Shown here: positions 15,535-25,447 of the stretch, in pieces | Layout: the number at the start of each line of letters is the position of its first letter | Position numbering within the stretch: the stretch's first letter is position 1 | DNA from: a virus | Lineage: Duplodnaviria > Heunggongvirae > Uroviricota > Caudoviricetes | DNA length: 32,225 nucleotides | Reading direction: 5' to 3' (one strand) | Virus record (IMG/VR): IMGVR_UViG_2541047764_000008 | The notes under the pieces: model-generated | The model's database searches: none | Seen by the model: only the letters and a program-made list of their open reading frames with translations | What the model was told of the DNA's origin: nothing | Translations under genes and position numbers: made by a program

Positions 15535-16602
15535 ATGCGCCCGGATACCCGTTTTAAGTTCAATGCCTATCTGACCCGCGTCGCTGAGCTGAACGGCATC
15601 AGCACTGATGACGTCAGTAAAAAATTCACCGTCGAGCCGTCCGTCACGCAAACACTGATGAACAAAGTGCAGGAGTCATCCGCGTTTCTGCAGACGATTA
15701 ATATTCTGCCGGTCGCAGAAATGAAGGGTGAGAAAATCGGCGTCGGTGTGACCGGTACTATCGCCAGCACGACCGACACCTCGGGCGATGATGAGCGTAA
15801 GACCGCAGACTTCACCGCGCTTGAGTCCAACAAGTACGAGTGCGACCAGATTAACTTTGACTTCCATCTGAAATATAAAACCCTCGACCTGTGGGCGCGT
15901 TTTCAGGACTTTCAGCGCCGCATCCGTGACGCCATTGTTAAGCGTCAGGCGCTCGATTTCATCATGGCCGGTTTTAACGGTACCACCCGCGCCGCCACCT
16001 CTGACCGCACCAAAAATCCGATGCTGCAGGATGTAGCCGTCGGCTGGCTGCAGAAATACCGCAACGAAGCCCCGACGCGTGTGATGAGCAATATCACCGA
16101 TGCTGACGGTAAGGTCGTTTCGGCAGTGATTCGCGTCGGTAAAAACGGCGACTATGAGAACCTCGACGCGCTGGTGATGGATGCTACCAACAACCTGATT
16201 GACGAGGTTTATCAGGATGACCCGAAACTCGTTGCCATCGTAGGCCGTAAGCTGCTGGCCGACAAATATTTCCCGCTGGTAAACAAGCCGCAGGAAAACA
16301 GCGAAGCGCTCGCGGCAGATATCATCATCAGCCAGAAGCGAATCGGCAACCTGCCTGCTGTGCGTGTGCCGTACTTCCCGGCGAATGCCGTGTTAGTGAC
16401 CACGCTGGAAAACCTCTCTATCTATTTCATGGATGAGAGCCACCGCCGCAGCATTGATGAAAACCCGAAAAAAGACCGCGTGGAAAACTACGAGTCAATG
16501 AATATCGACTATGTGGTCGAGGCGTATGCCGCCGGGTGTCTGCTGGAAAACATCACCCTGGGCGATTTCACCGCACCTGCAGCACCGGAAAGCGGAGAGT
16601 AA
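15535..16602 (+). CDS. N: Major capsid protein (P2 gpN-like)
   Basis: 355 aa; follows the scaffold gene; size matches P2 N. Confidence 0.9.
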   Translation: MRPDTRFKFNAYLTRVAELNGISTDDVSKKFTVEPSVTQTLMNKVQESSAFLQTINILPVAEMKGEKIGVGVTGTIASTTDTSGDDERKTADFTALESNKYECDQINFDFHLKYKTLDLWARFQDFQRRIRDAIVKRQALDFIMAGFNGTTRAATSDRTKNPMLQDVAVGWLQKYRNEAPTRVMSNITDADGKVVSAVIRVGKNGDYENLDALVMDATNNLIDEVYQDDPKLVAIVGRKLLADKYFPLVNKPQENSEALAADIIISQKRIGNLPAVRVPYFPANAVLVTTLENLSIYFMDESHRRSIDENPKKDRVENYESMNIDYVVEAYAAGCLLENITLGDFTAPAAPESGE

Positions 16603-16606
16603 GCCC

Positions 16607-17356
16607 ATGACGAGCCCCGCACAGCGTCACATGATGCGGGTCTCGGCCTCTCAAGCCGCGCAGCGGGAACAAGCCCCGCTGCGCCATGCAACCGCCTACG
16701 AGCAGATGCTGGTAAAGCTGGCCGATGACCGCCGCACATTGAAAACCATCCGTTCAAACGAACTGAAAGCCGCGAAAAAGCGTGAGCTGCTGCCGTTCTA
16801 TGCGCCGTGGGTCGCCGGTGTGCTGGCTGATGGCCGTGGTGCGCAGGATGACATTCTGATGACAGTCATGCTGTGGCGTCTCGATGCCGGTGATATCGCT
16901 GGCGCGCTGGAAATTGCTCCATACGCGCTGAAGTACGGCCTCACCTCTGACTATCGCCGCACGACACCTTACATGCTGGTTGAGGAGGTGGCGCTTGCCG
17001 CGCTGCGCCTGCGCGATGCCGGTGAGCCTGTCGACCTCGCATTACTGCTGACCACCCTTAGCCTGACCGACGGCGCTGACGTTCCCGATATGGTGCGCGC
17101 TCGACTGCATAAGGTGACAGGCCTGACCCTGCGCGATGCCGGTCAGAGCGCCGAAGCACTGGCACAGTTTCAGCGCGCGATGCAGCTCGACCGCAATGCC
17201 GGTGTGCGCAAAGAGATTGAGCGGCTGGAGCGCGCATTGAAGCCAAAGCCAGAGGCAGCATCCCGTAAAACGACTAAACCGCGCACGCGCAAACCTGCCA
17301 ACAAACCGGCGGCAAAGCGCGGGCGTCCACCAAAGGCGGTAAAAACCGCCGGTTAA
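16607..17356 (+). CDS. M: Terminase small/endonuclease subunit (P2 gpM-like)
   Basis: Start chosen at the ATG at 16607 (MTSPAQRHM...) with a GGAG RBS, giving 249 aa (P2 M is about 247 aa). The track's 16511 start would overlap N. Confidence 0.8.
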   Translation: MTSPAQRHMMRVSASQAAQREQAPLRHATAYEQMLVKLADDRRTLKTIRSNELKAAKKRELLPFYAPWVAGVLADGRGAQDDILMTVMLWRLDAGDIAGALEIAPYALKYGLTSDYRRTTPYMLVEEVALAALRLRDAGEPVDLALLLTTLSLTDGADVPDMVRARLHKVTGLTLRDAGQSAEALAQFQRAMQLDRNAGVRKEIERLERALKPKPEAASRKTTKPRTRKPANKPAAKRGRPPKAVKTAG

Positions 17357-17449
17357 CTGAACGCTCCCCGAGCCGGGCGGCACGCCGGTCAAAGTGGGTT
17401 TTGACCCTGACGGCGACCGGCGTCCACCGCCCAACCTAATGAGGTTGTC

Positions 17450-17959
17450 ATGACGACAGTAATACTGAATCAGCCCGACGAACCGCAGGACGTACCGGGC
17501 GTGGTGATTCCCGCACCGGAGACGGGCGACGCAGTGATTAAAAACACGTTCTTTTTCCCTGATGTGGATCCGAAGCGGGTGCGCGAACTGATGCGCCTTG
17601 AGCAGACGGTTTCCGATGCGCGCCTGCGCAACGCCATCAAGACCGGCATGGCGGAAACCAATGCGGAGCTTTACGACTACCGGCTGCGCCAGATTGCCGC
17701 AGGGTTTAAGACACTGGCCGACGTGCCTGACGCCGAGGAAATCGACGGCGAGAATGTGCGCGTTTTCCACTACCTCAGCGCCGTGACGGCGATGGCGACC
17801 GCCACCCTGTATGAGCGTTATCGCGGGGTTGAGGCCACGGGCAAGGGTGACAAAAAAGCCGACAGCGTCGAAACCACCATTGATGACCTGTGGCGGGATA
17901 TGCGCTGGTCGGTCTCGCGTCTGCAGGACAAGCCGCGCTGCATCGTGGGTCAGCTCTGA
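17450..17959 (+). CDS. L: Head completion/stabilisation protein (P2 gpL-like)
   Basis: 169 aa, matching P2 L; its stop overlaps the X start as ATGA. Confidence 0.85.
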   Translation: MTTVILNQPDEPQDVPGVVIPAPETGDAVIKNTFFFPDVDPKRVRELMRLEQTVSDARLRNAIKTGMAETNAELYDYRLRQIAAGFKTLADVPDAEEIDGENVRVFHYLSAVTAMATATLYERYRGVEATGKGDKKADSVETTIDDLWRDMRWSVSRLQDKPRCIVGQL

Positions 17960-18162
17960 TGAAAGTCTACGCGATGCAGGGCGACACCCTCGACGCGCTT
18001 TGCGCCCGGTATTACGGGCGCACTGAGGGCGTGGTCGAGACGGTGCTACAGGCTAATCCCGGTCTGTCTGAGCTGGGCGTCATTCTGCCGCATGGCACGG
18101 CGATTGACCTGCCCGACGTGGCATCGTCACCCGTAACAGAAACTATCAACCTTTGGGAGTAA
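17959..18162 (+). CDS. X: Tail protein X (P2 gpX-like, LysM-like)
   Basis: 67 aa from the ATG at 17959 (MKVYAMQGDTLDALCARYYG...), the same length as P2 X. Confidence 0.8.
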   Translation: MKVYAMQGDTLDALCARYYGRTEGVVETVLQANPGLSELGVILPHGTAIDLPDVASSPVTETINLWE

Positions 18163-18165
18163 GCC

Positions 18166-18462
18166 ATGACAGAAGGGGAAAAAGGCGTCCTGTCACTGTT
18201 TGTGATTGGCGTGATGATTGTTGTCGGAAAAGTGCTGGCGGGTGGTGAGCCCATTACCCCGCGCCTGTTTATCGGCCGCATGCTGCTCGGCGGTTTTGTT
18301 TCAATGGTCGCCGGTGTTGTTCTGGTGCAGTTTCCAGATATGTCACTGCCTGCCGTTTGTGGGATTGGATCCATGCTCGGCATTGCAGGTTATCAGGTGG
18401 TGGAAATCGCCATTCAGCGCCGCTTTAAGTCACAACAGGGGGATAGCGATGCCGGTCATTAA
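18166..18462 (+). CDS. Y: Holin (P2 gpY-like)
   Basis: 98 aa with hydrophobic transmembrane stretches (VLSLFVIGVMIVVGKVLAGG...GGFVSMVAGVVLVQ); precedes the endolysin. Confidence 0.8.
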   Translation: MTEGEKGVLSLFVIGVMIVVGKVLAGGEPITPRLFIGRMLLGGFVSMVAGVVLVQFPDMSLPAVCGIGSMLGIAGYQVVEIAIQRRFKSQQGDSDAGH

Positions 18463-18946
18463 TACTCACCAGAATATCGCCGCATTTCTGGACATGCTGG
18501 CCTATTCCGAAGGGACGGCGACGCATCCGCTGACGAAAAATCGTGGTTACGACGTCATTGTCACTGGCCTTGATGGCAAGCCGGAAATTTTCACCGACTA
18601 CACCGACCACCCTTTCGCACATGGCAGACCAGCGAAAGTGTTTAATCGACGCGGCGAAAAATCCACGGCATCAGGGCGTTACCAGCAGCTTTATCTCTAC
18701 TGGCCGCACTATCAGAAACAACTCGCATTGCCTGATTTCAGCCCGTTGTCGCAGGACAAACTTGCGATTCAGTTAATCCGCGAACGCGGTGCCATTGAGG
18801 ATATTAAGGCGGGGCGTATTGAGCGGGCAATTTCACGGTGCCGCAATATCTGGGCGTCGTTACCGGGTGCCGGTTACGGCCAACGTGAGCACAGCCTCGA
18901 CAAACTGGTCACCGTATGGCGCACCGCTGGCGGGGTAATGGAATGA
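18449..18946 (+). CDS. K: Endolysin, lambda R-type lytic transglycosylase (P2 gpK position)
   Basis: 165 aa from the ATG at 18449; FLDMLAYSEGT and IWASLPGAGYGQ(R)EH segments match phage lambda R lysozyme. Confidence 0.9.
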   Translation: MPVINTHQNIAAFLDMLAYSEGTATHPLTKNRGYDVIVTGLDGKPEIFTDYTDHPFAHGRPAKVFNRRGEKSTASGRYQQLYLYWPHYQKQLALPDFSPLSQDKLAIQLIRERGAIEDIKAGRIERAISRCRNIWASLPGAGYGQREHSLDKLVTVWRTAGGVME

Positions 18947-19356
18947 AAATCCTGATTACACTTCTGGTGCTGACTGTGCTCGGGATGTTGTGGTTGCGCC
19001 ATGAGAACGGCAATTTATCCCGCTCCTTTGAGACAGCAAACCGCGTCGCGAGCGAACAAAAGACGACGATTGGCATGCTGAAAAATCAGCTCAGTGTTGC
19101 CGGTCAGCTTGCCAGACGTAATGAATCTGCGCAGGTGGCACTGCGTGAACAGCTCGCAAAGGCCAGCGAGGAAGCCAGCCGCCGCGAGCAATCAATAACG
19201 AGGTTACTTAATGAAAATGAGGCCTTTCGCCGCTGGTATAACGCTGCTTTACCTGATGTTGTGCGTCGGTTGCACATCCGCACCGCCTGCGCCAGCGCCG
19301 GTGATTGTGGTCAACGGATGCCCGAGAGTGAGCCTTTGCCCGATGCCGGGAAGTGA
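18943..19356 (+). CDS. lysB: i-spanin (LysB/Rz-like)
   Basis: Start at ATG 18943 overlapping the K stop; N-terminal TM segment (MKILITLLVLTVLGMLWL) followed by a charged coiled-coil-like region. Confidence 0.75.
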   Translation: MKILITLLVLTVLGMLWLRHENGNLSRSFETANRVASEQKTTIGMLKNQLSVAGQLARRNESAQVALREQLAKASEEASRREQSITRLLNENEAFRRWYNAALPDVVRRLHIRTACASAGDCGQRMPESEPLPDAGK

Positions 19357-19501
19357 CCCGAAAACCAATGGTGACCTGAGCGCAGATATCCGCCGCCTTG
19401 AGGGTGCGCTGATCGCCTGCGCGCTACAGGTCAAAACCGTCAAACACTGTCAGGATGAACTCGATGCAGAAGCACAAAAGCCTGCGCAAAGCGCTGATTA
19501 A
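19211..19501 (+). CDS. lysC: o-spanin (LysC/Rz1-like), embedded in and extending beyond lysB in another frame
   Basis: Lipoprotein-like N-terminus (LLYLMLCVGC) followed by a Pro-rich segment (APPAPAP); overlapping out-of-frame arrangement as in P2 lysB/lysC. Confidence 0.6.
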   Translation: MKMRPFAAGITLLYLMLCVGCTSAPPAPAPVIVVNGCPRVSLCPMPGSDPKTNGDLSADIRRLEGALIACALQVKTVKHCQDELDAEAQKPAQSAD

Positions 19502-19931
19502 CGCCGTGCCGCAGCTCCGAAACAACCCCGATATGCTGCGCCTTTTTGCCGACAACGGCCATACCGATTCCAGACTGGCGAGCTCGCTGTCGTTTGAAAA
19601 GGTGTACGTGCTTAACGTGGTGGTGACCGACTTCACCGGTGACCTTGATTTGATATTCGTGCCGGTGCAGGCGTGGCTGCGTGAACATCAGCCGGACATT
19701 ATGACCACCGACGACGGGCGGGAAAAAGGATTCACCTGGATTATTGATATCAATAACGACGATTCGCTCGATATCAGTATCAGCCTGAGGCTCACCGAGC
19801 GCACGCTCGTCAAAGAGGTCGACGGCGCGCTGCATGTCAGCTATGCCCCTGAGCCGCCGCTGCCTGAGCCGGTGACGCGCCCGGTCGAGCTGTACGTTAA
19901 CGGCGAACTGGTGAGTAAGTGGGATGAGTGA
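19455..19931 (+). CDS. R: Tail completion protein (P2 gpR-like)
   Basis: 158 aa; position and size match P2 R. Confidence 0.8.
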   Translation: MNSMQKHKSLRKALINAVPQLRNNPDMLRLFADNGHTDSRLASSLSFEKVYVLNVVVTDFTGDLDLIFVPVQAWLREHQPDIMTTDDGREKGFTWIIDINNDDSLDISISLRLTERTLVKEVDGALHVSYAPEPPLPEPVTRPVELYVNGELVSKWDE

Positions 19932-20373
19932 GTTAACCGCACTGCAGGAACGCCTTGCCGGTCTGATTGCCAGCCTGTCACCGGCGGCGCGTCGGCAAAT
20001 GGCGGCTGAGATTGCGAAAAAGCTGCGTACCAGTCAGCAACAACGTATCAAGCGCCAGCAGGCACCAGACGGCACCCCGTATGCGGCACGAAAGCGCCAG
20101 CCGGTGAGGAGCAAGAAAGGTCGGATTAAACGTGAAATGTTCGCCAAACTGCGCACCAGTCGCTTTATGAAAGCCAAAGGCAGCGACAGTGCGGCGGTGG
20201 TGGAGTTTACCGACAAGGTGCAGCGCATGGCGCGGGTGCATCAGTACGGGCTCAAAGACAGACCAAACCGCAACAGCCGGGATGTGCAGTACGAGGCGCG
20301 CCCGTTACTCGGTTTCACCCGCGACGATGAGCAGATGATTGAAGACGTCATTATCAGGCATCTCGGCAAATAA
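19924..20373 (+). CDS. S: Tail completion protein (P2 gpS-like)
   Basis: 149 aa; overlaps the R end; matches P2 S. Confidence 0.8.
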   Translation: MSELTALQERLAGLIASLSPAARRQMAAEIAKKLRTSQQQRIKRQQAPDGTPYAARKRQPVRSKKGRIKREMFAKLRTSRFMKAKGSDSAAVVEFTDKVQRMARVHQYGLKDRPNRNSRDVQYEARPLLGFTRDDEQMIEDVIIRHLGK

Positions 20374-20441
20374 ATATTGTGTGAACCACCACCGGAGCCG
20401 CGCGAATTGGCGCGACTCCAGACCAGAGGCATCCTTGCACT

Positions 20442-21077
20442 ATGAATACGTTATCCACGATACAGGAGCTCGCGCGCGCGATTCGCAACCTCATCCGCTC
20501 AGGTGTGGTGACTGAGGTTGATACCGTGCAAGGGCTGTGCCGCGTACAAAGCGGCGGGATCCAGACTACATGGCTGAACTGGCTGACCACCCGCGCCGGT
20601 CGTTCGCGGACGTGGTGGGCTCCCTCGGTCGGTGAGCAGGTTCTGCTGCTGGCAATCGGTGGCGAGCTTGATACCGCTTTCGTGCTGCCTGGAATTTTCT
20701 CCGACGATAACCCCGCCCCCTCTGCCTCGGCGGATGCGTGGCATGTGGTTTTCCCTGATGGTGCGGTCATTGAGTACGAGCCCGAGACCAGTGCGCTGAC
20801 GGTCAGCGGCATCAAAACGGCCGACGTGACGGCATCGGGATCCATCACCGCAACCGTGCCGCTGGTACTGGTGAAAGCCTCAACCAGTATCACCCTCGAC
20901 ACCCCCGAGGTGATTTGCACCAACAAGCTGACGACAGCGACGCTTGAGGTGCAAAAGGGCGGAACGATGAAAGGCAACATCGAGCATACAGGCGGGTCGC
21001 TGTCATCTAATGGCAAGGTGCTCCACACCCATAAACACCCCGGCGACAGCGGCGGGACAACGGGTGCGCCGATATGA
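20442..21077 (+). CDS. V: Baseplate spike/assembly protein (P2 gpV-like)
   Basis: 211 aa, the same length as P2 V. Confidence 0.85.
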   Translation: MNTLSTIQELARAIRNLIRSGVVTEVDTVQGLCRVQSGGIQTTWLNWLTTRAGRSRTWWAPSVGEQVLLLAIGGELDTAFVLPGIFSDDNPAPSASADAWHVVFPDGAVIEYEPETSALTVSGIKTADVTASGSITATVPLVLVKASTSITLDTPEVICTNKLTTATLEVQKGGTMKGNIEHTGGSLSSNGKVLHTHKHPGDSGGTTGAPI

Positions 21078-21421
21078 CAGCGCGTTATCAGGGTATGAAC
21101 CGAAATACTGGCCTCGGCATCAGCGATACCGAGCATATCAGCCAGAGCATGCGCGACATTCTGCTGACGCCGGTCGGCTCGCGGGTGATGCGTCGTGAAT
21201 ATGGCTCGCTTCTGTCGGCGCTGATTGATATGCCGCAAAACCCGGCGCTCAGGCTGCAAATTATGGTGGCGTGCTATTCGGCTATCCAGAAGTGGGAGCC
21301 GCGCATCAGGCTTACCGCCATCAGCTTTGAGACCGGCGACGCTGGCGAAATATATGTCGATATTACCGGGATGCGCACCGATACCGGTGCGTCAGTTTCA
21401 ACCACTGTTTCACTGAGTTAA
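21074..21421 (+). CDS. W: Baseplate protein (P2 gpW-like, gp25-like)
   Basis: 115 aa, the same length as P2 W; ATGA overlap with the V stop. Confidence 0.85.
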   Translation: MTARYQGMNRNTGLGISDTEHISQSMRDILLTPVGSRVMRREYGSLLSALIDMPQNPALRLQIMVACYSAIQKWEPRIRLTAISFETGDAGEIYVDITGMRTDTGASVSTTVSLS

Positions 21422-21427
21422 ATAACT

Positions 21428-22336
21428 ATGGCAACCGTTGACCTGAGTCAGTTACCCGTTCCCGATGTGGTTGAGGAACTGGACTATGAAACCATCCTTG
21501 CGGAACGCAAAGCGACGCTGATATCGCTCTATCCAGAAGACCAGCAGGAGGCCATTGCCCGGACGCTCACACTTGAGTCAGAGCCGGTTGTTAAGCTGCT
21601 GCAGGAAAACGCCTACCGTGAAGTTATCTGGCGTCAGCGGGTGAACGAAGCCGCGCAGGCGGTGACGCTGGCCTACTCCGCCGGTAACGACCTCGACGTC
21701 GTAGCCGGGAACAATAATACCGAACGCCTGACCATCACCCCGGCGGATGATACCACCATCCCGCCGACACCAGCCGTTATGGAATCTGATACCGACCTGC
21801 GACTGCGCACGCAACAGGCGTTTGAGGGATTGAGCGTGGCGGGTCCGGTCGGTGCATATGAGTATCACGGCCGCAGCGCCGACGGGCGGGTCGCTGACGT
21901 TTCGGTCGCCAGCCCGTCGCCAGCCTGCGTGACGATTACCGTGCTATCGCGTGAGGGGGACGGCACTGCCAGCCCTGAGCTACTGGCGATTGTTGATAAA
22001 GCGCTGAACGCCGAAGATGTGCGCCCGGTAGCTGACCGGGTGACCGTCCAGTCAGCCGAGATTGTGCCGTACCAGATTGACGCGACGATCTACGTTTACC
22101 CCGGCCCCGAATCTGAACCCATCAGGCAGGCGTCAGAGCAGAAGCTGCAGAGCTACATCAGCGCGCAGCACCGCCTCGGGCGTGATATCCGTCTGTCAGC
22201 CATTTATGCGGCGCTGCATGTTGAGGGGGTGCAGCGTGTCGAGCTGACATCACCGCAGGCCGACATAGTGCTGAGTAAGTCGCAGGCGTCGAACTGTACC
22301 GAGTACCAGATAACTATCGGGGGCTCGGATGAATGA
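21428..22336 (+). CDS. J: Baseplate protein (P2 gpJ-like)
   Basis: 302 aa, the same length as P2 J. Confidence 0.85.
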   Translation: MATVDLSQLPVPDVVEELDYETILAERKATLISLYPEDQQEAIARTLTLESEPVVKLLQENAYREVIWRQRVNEAAQAVTLAYSAGNDLDVVAGNNNTERLTITPADDTTIPPTPAVMESDTDLRLRTQQAFEGLSVAGPVGAYEYHGRSADGRVADVSVASPSPACVTITVLSREGDGTASPELLAIVDKALNAEDVRPVADRVTVQSAEIVPYQIDATIYVYPGPESEPIRQASEQKLQSYISAQHRLGRDIRLSAIYAALHVEGVQRVELTSPQADIVLSKSQASNCTEYQITIGGSDE

Positions 22337-22937
22337 CCGGCTATTACCCGTTGGCTCGTCGCCGCTGGAGGTCGCCGCCGCCGCTGCGTTCTCTGAGATT
22401 CAGCGCGTGCCGGTACCGCTGCGCACCCTGTGGAACTGGCGCACCTGCCCGGTAAAGCTGCTGCCGTATCTGGCGTGGGCGCTGTCGGTCGACAGGTGGG
22501 ATGAGAAATGGCCGGAGGCGACAAAGCGCAACGTCTGCGCGTCCTCGTTTTTCGTCCATCAGCACAAAGGCACCATCAGCGCATTGCGTCGGGTCGTCGA
22601 GCCGCTCGGCTTTCTGATTGAGGTGCGCGAGTGGTGGCAACTCGACGAGGAGCCAGGCACATTCCGCCTCGTTGTTGGCGTCCTCGACAGCGGCATCACT
22701 GACGAAATGTATCAGGAGCTTGAGCGCCTGATTGAAGACGCCAAACCGGCAAGTCGCCACCTGACCGGGCTGGCTATCAGTCTGAGCTCGACCGGCGAAC
22801 TGTATGTCGGCGCGGGATGCTATCACGGCGACGCGCTGACTGTTTACCCCTACACCCCCGAGGAGATTGTCGTCGGCGGTGAATATTACCCGGCCTCGGC
22901 CATCCATTTGATTGATAACCTGAGAGTGAACGCATGA
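22329..22937 (+). CDS. I: Baseplate/tail protein (P2 gpI-like)
   Basis: 202 aa; overlaps the J stop and H start; in the P2 I position. Confidence 0.8.
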   Translation: MNDRLLPVGSSPLEVAAAAAFSEIQRVPVPLRTLWNWRTCPVKLLPYLAWALSVDRWDEKWPEATKRNVCASSFFVHQHKGTISALRRVVEPLGFLIEVREWWQLDEEPGTFRLVVGVLDSGITDEMYQELERLIEDAKPASRHLTGLAISLSSTGELYVGAGCYHGDALTVYPYTPEEIVVGGEYYPASAIHLIDNLRVNA

Positions 22938-23914
22938 CCGCAAAATATTTTGCCATTCTGACCAATCAGGGCGCGGCGCGGCTGGCGAACGCGGCGGCAC
23001 TCGGTACCAAACTCAACCTGACGCAGATGGCCGTCGGTGATGCGAATGGTACGTTGCCGACCCCTGATCCGGCGCAGACGAAGCTCATTAACCAGAAACG
23101 CATCGCGCCGCTGAACCTGCTGACCGTTGACCCGGCCAATACCAGTCAGATTATCGCGGAACAGATTATTCCCGAGAATGAAGGTGGTTTCTGGATCCGC
23201 GAGATTGGTCTCTATGACGATGATGGTATTCTGATTGCCGTGGCGAACTGTCCGGAGACCTACAAGCCACAACTGCAGGAGGGAAGCGGTCGCACGCAGA
23301 CCATTCGCATGATTCTGATTGTGTCGAGCACATCGGCAATCACCCTGAAAATCGACCCGGCAGTCGTGCTGGCAACGCGCCAGTATGTCGACGACAAGAT
23401 TATCGAGGTGAAAGGATATGCTGATGACCTGATGAAAAAACATGTTGAGGCCGCCAATCCACACAAGCAGTACCCGTTAATCGCTAATGCTCTGAAAGAA
23501 ATGGTTGACGCGGGACTGGCCGGCGACGTTCTTAAAAACCTTGGTTTGGGAGAAGCGGCAAAACGGGATGTGGGGACAGGGGAAAATCAGATACCGGACA
23601 TGGCCTCTTTTGCCAGTGGTGATGGATGGATGAAATTACCCAACGGGAAAATCCTGCAATATGGTCGTGGTGCGGTTACGCCGACATTATCGACGCAAAC
23701 AATGAGAATTACATTCAGCATCCCTTTCCCCAAAAAAGCGGACTGCGCCATGCTTACTCATTCTGGTGATGGCGGTGCGCCTTTAGGCGCTGGGCGAGGG
23801 TTCGTGATGACTGCAGAAGGCCCAACGTTAACCGGCTTTAATTCTGCTTACAGAACGTCATCAACCAGCGACACGGTATCGATGAATTACAGTTGGTGGG
23901 CTGTTGGTGAGTAA
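22934..23914 (+). CDS. H: Tail fibre protein (P2 gpH-like) with short, switchable C-terminal receptor-binding region
   Basis: 326 aa. The N-terminal ~200 aa (MTAKYFAILTNQGAARLANAA...) is typical of the conserved P2-family fibre N-terminus. The C-terminal part begins at an invertase crossover-like site (23529-23554). Confidence 0.85.
   Translation: MTAKYFAILTNQGAARLANAAALGTKLNLTQMAVGDANGTLPTPDPAQTKLINQKRIAPLNLLTVDPANTSQIIAEQIIPENEGGFWIREIGLYDDDGILIAVANCPETYKPQLQEGSGRTQTIRMILIVSSTSAITLKIDPAVVLATRQYVDDKIIEVKGYADDLMKKHVEAANPHKQYPLIANALKEMVDAGLAGDVLKNLGLGEAAKRDVGTGENQIPDMASFASGDGWMKLPNGKILQYGRGAVTPTLSTQTMRITFSIPFPKKADCAMLTHSGDGGAPLGAGRGFVMTAEGPTLTGFNSAYRTSSTSDTVSMNYSWWAVGE
23529..23554. promoter_or_regulatory. 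hix/gix-like inversion crossover site (left), inside the tail-fibre gene
   Basis: TTCTTAAAAACC-TT-GGTTTGGGAGAA; the left half matches the Hin hix half-site TTCTTGAAAACC. The right half GGTTTGGGAGAA is identical to the inverted copy at 25439-25464. Confidence 0.65.
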
Positions 23915-23925
23915 TTTTATTCAGG

Positions 23926-24378
23926 GTGATTTATATGAACGAATATGTTTATAGCGCAAGGCATAATGCTTTTTTCCCTGTGGATATGATTGATAAATAT
24001 AAATCAGAGGGATGGGATTTATCAGACGCTAAGGAAGTAAATCAAAATATTATCAGTGAGTTTATGGCTGAACCGCCACAAGGAAAAATCCGTATTGCCG
24101 GAGATGATGGGCTGCCTGCGTGGGCAGATATTCCTCCACCCACGCATGAAGAGCTTATTGAAATTACTGAATCAGAAAGACAGCTACTAATTAACCAGGC
24201 CAACGAATACATGAACAGTAAGCAATGGCCCGGTAAAGCCGCTATTGGTCGTCTGAAAGGTGAGGAACTGGCGCAATATAATTTGTGGCTGGATTATCTG
24301 GATGCACTGGAGCTGGTTGATACCTCCAGTGCGCCAGATATTGAATGGCCTACGCCTCCGGCAGTTCAGGCCAGATGA
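23926..24378 (+). CDS. G: Tail fibre assembly protein (P2 gpG-like)
   Basis: 150 aa, AT-rich, with a Tfa-type C-terminus (...APDIEWPTPP...); directly downstream of H. Confidence 0.8.
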   Translation: MIYMNEYVYSARHNAFFPVDMIDKYKSEGWDLSDAKEVNQNIISEFMAEPPQGKIRIAGDDGLPAWADIPPPTHEELIEITESERQLLINQANEYMNSKQWPGKAAIGRLKGEELAQYNLWLDYLDALELVDTSSAPDIEWPTPPAVQAR

Positions 24379-24952
24379 CATCCGGCGCGGTGCTGGTATC
24401 TGTTGCCGTCACCGCGTCAATGTAATCCAGCACAGCGTTAAGTCTGGTTGTTTCTGCCTGCGTCAGTTTACGTCCGGCCTGCAATTTCAGTTGAATCAGA
24501 CTAATGGAAGCCATTGCAGCATCAATCAGTGACTGGCGCTGTGCTTCTGCCGCGTCTACTGCGGCGCTATGCTGTGCCTCAGTATCGGTCACCCATTTCT
24601 CACCATCCCATTTATCGTATGGCGTTAATGGGGCGATAGTGGTTGTATTTTCAGGGTAATCACCCGGAGCGGTGATTTCTTTTGATTCTCCTGTTTTGGT
24701 GCTATAGACCGTTTCACCGCGATGGTCTGGCACATATTCCCATGAATTTAAATCTACAGAGCGACAGATTGCATAACCAGCTTTATGTGTACCTGGTGCA
24801 TCCAGACAGGAACATGCCGGGATACCGACTCCGACAGCGAGATATTCAGTTGATGTAGAAATATATTCCCGCGTTTCGCCATCATAGTTATGTACGATGA
24901 TTTCCCCATCATTTAAAGCGTAACCGTCTTTTCCCAAAATAGCCTGTTCCAT
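24350..24952 (-). CDS. Alternative tail fibre assembly protein (U'-like) in the invertible segment
   Basis: 200-aa ORF on the opposite strand, convergent with G; the C-terminus (...TAPDVIWPELPEA) parallels the gpG C-terminus. Confidence 0.7.
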   Translation of the reverse strand: MEQAILGKDGYALNDGEIIVHNYDGETREYISTSTEYLAVGVGIPACSCLDAPGTHKAGYAICRSVDLNSWEYVPDHRGETVYSTKTGESKEITAPGDYPENTTTIAPLTPYDKWDGEKWVTDTEAQHSAAVDAAEAQRQSLIDAAMASISLIQLKLQAGRKLTQAETTRLNAVLDYIDAVTATDTSTAPDVIWPELPEA

Positions 24953-25447
24953 TTATGCAGCCCTCACAATGTAGTTAAATGCAATGTTTCGCGGGCTACC
25001 ATCACCGGCGCCGGAACTGACATGATTTGTTCTATCCATTCGTTTACTGTCATTTGTTGTTCCACTCCCATCCTTCCACGAATACAATAACCCGCCATCG
25101 CCAATGCTCAACTGCACCGCAAATACGGATGATGTACCTAATTCACCAACATCTCTAGCCATGAGTGGGTTCCCTGTCCATCCATGCATTTCATGGTTAT
25201 GTTCAAGGATAGATGCTGCCTGACTTGAAAGCAGCAGTCTCGCGGAATCAACACCTCGCCCATCATCCCACCCGCGAATAAACTCACCGCGCAAATCCGG
25301 TAATTTTAACTTTGGGTAAGCCTTTGCCAGTTTTGGGTACTCTTCGGCAGAAAAAGGTGCACCGTTGCATTTCAGCCAGCCTGTTGGTGGTGTGGCTGAA
25401 GGCCACGGAACAGGCACACCAACGGGTAACGCTGAGCCTTCTCCCAA
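24953..25447 (-). CDS. Alternative tail-fibre C-terminal receptor-binding segment (Sv'-like), promoterless in current orientation
   Basis: The open frame begins at the right crossover site with no ATG (the track uses a TTG). Inversion at the core dinucleotide would fuse H in frame: ...KNLGLGE-GSALPVGVPVPWPS... The PxPWP..GW...G..F..YP.L motif is typical of Mu/P1-type fibre variable parts. Confidence 0.65.
   Translation of the reverse strand: MGEGSALPVGVPVPWPSATPPTGWLKCNGAPFSAEEYPKLAKAYPKLKLPDLRGEFIRGWDDGRGVDSARLLLSSQAASILEHNHEMHGWTGNPLMARDVGELGTSSVFAVQLSIGDGGLLYSWKDGSGTTNDSKRMDRTNHVSSGAGDGSPRNIAFNYIVRAA

Noticed and set aside
16511-16606. N-terminal extension of gpM from the ATG at 16511
   Set aside because: It would overlap the 3' end of the capsid gene N by about 90 nt; the ATG at 16607 has a GGAG RBS and gives the P2-like length.
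20354-21259. 301-aa ORF on the minus strand spanning the V and W genes
   Set aside because: It is fully antisense to well-supported, syntenic baseplate genes in GC-rich DNA, where long spurious reverse-frame ORFs are common. It has no motif and no RBS context.
22344-23464. Minus-strand ORFs of 218 and 192 aa across the I and H genes
   Set aside because: Antisense to conserved tail genes; Arg-rich spurious translations.
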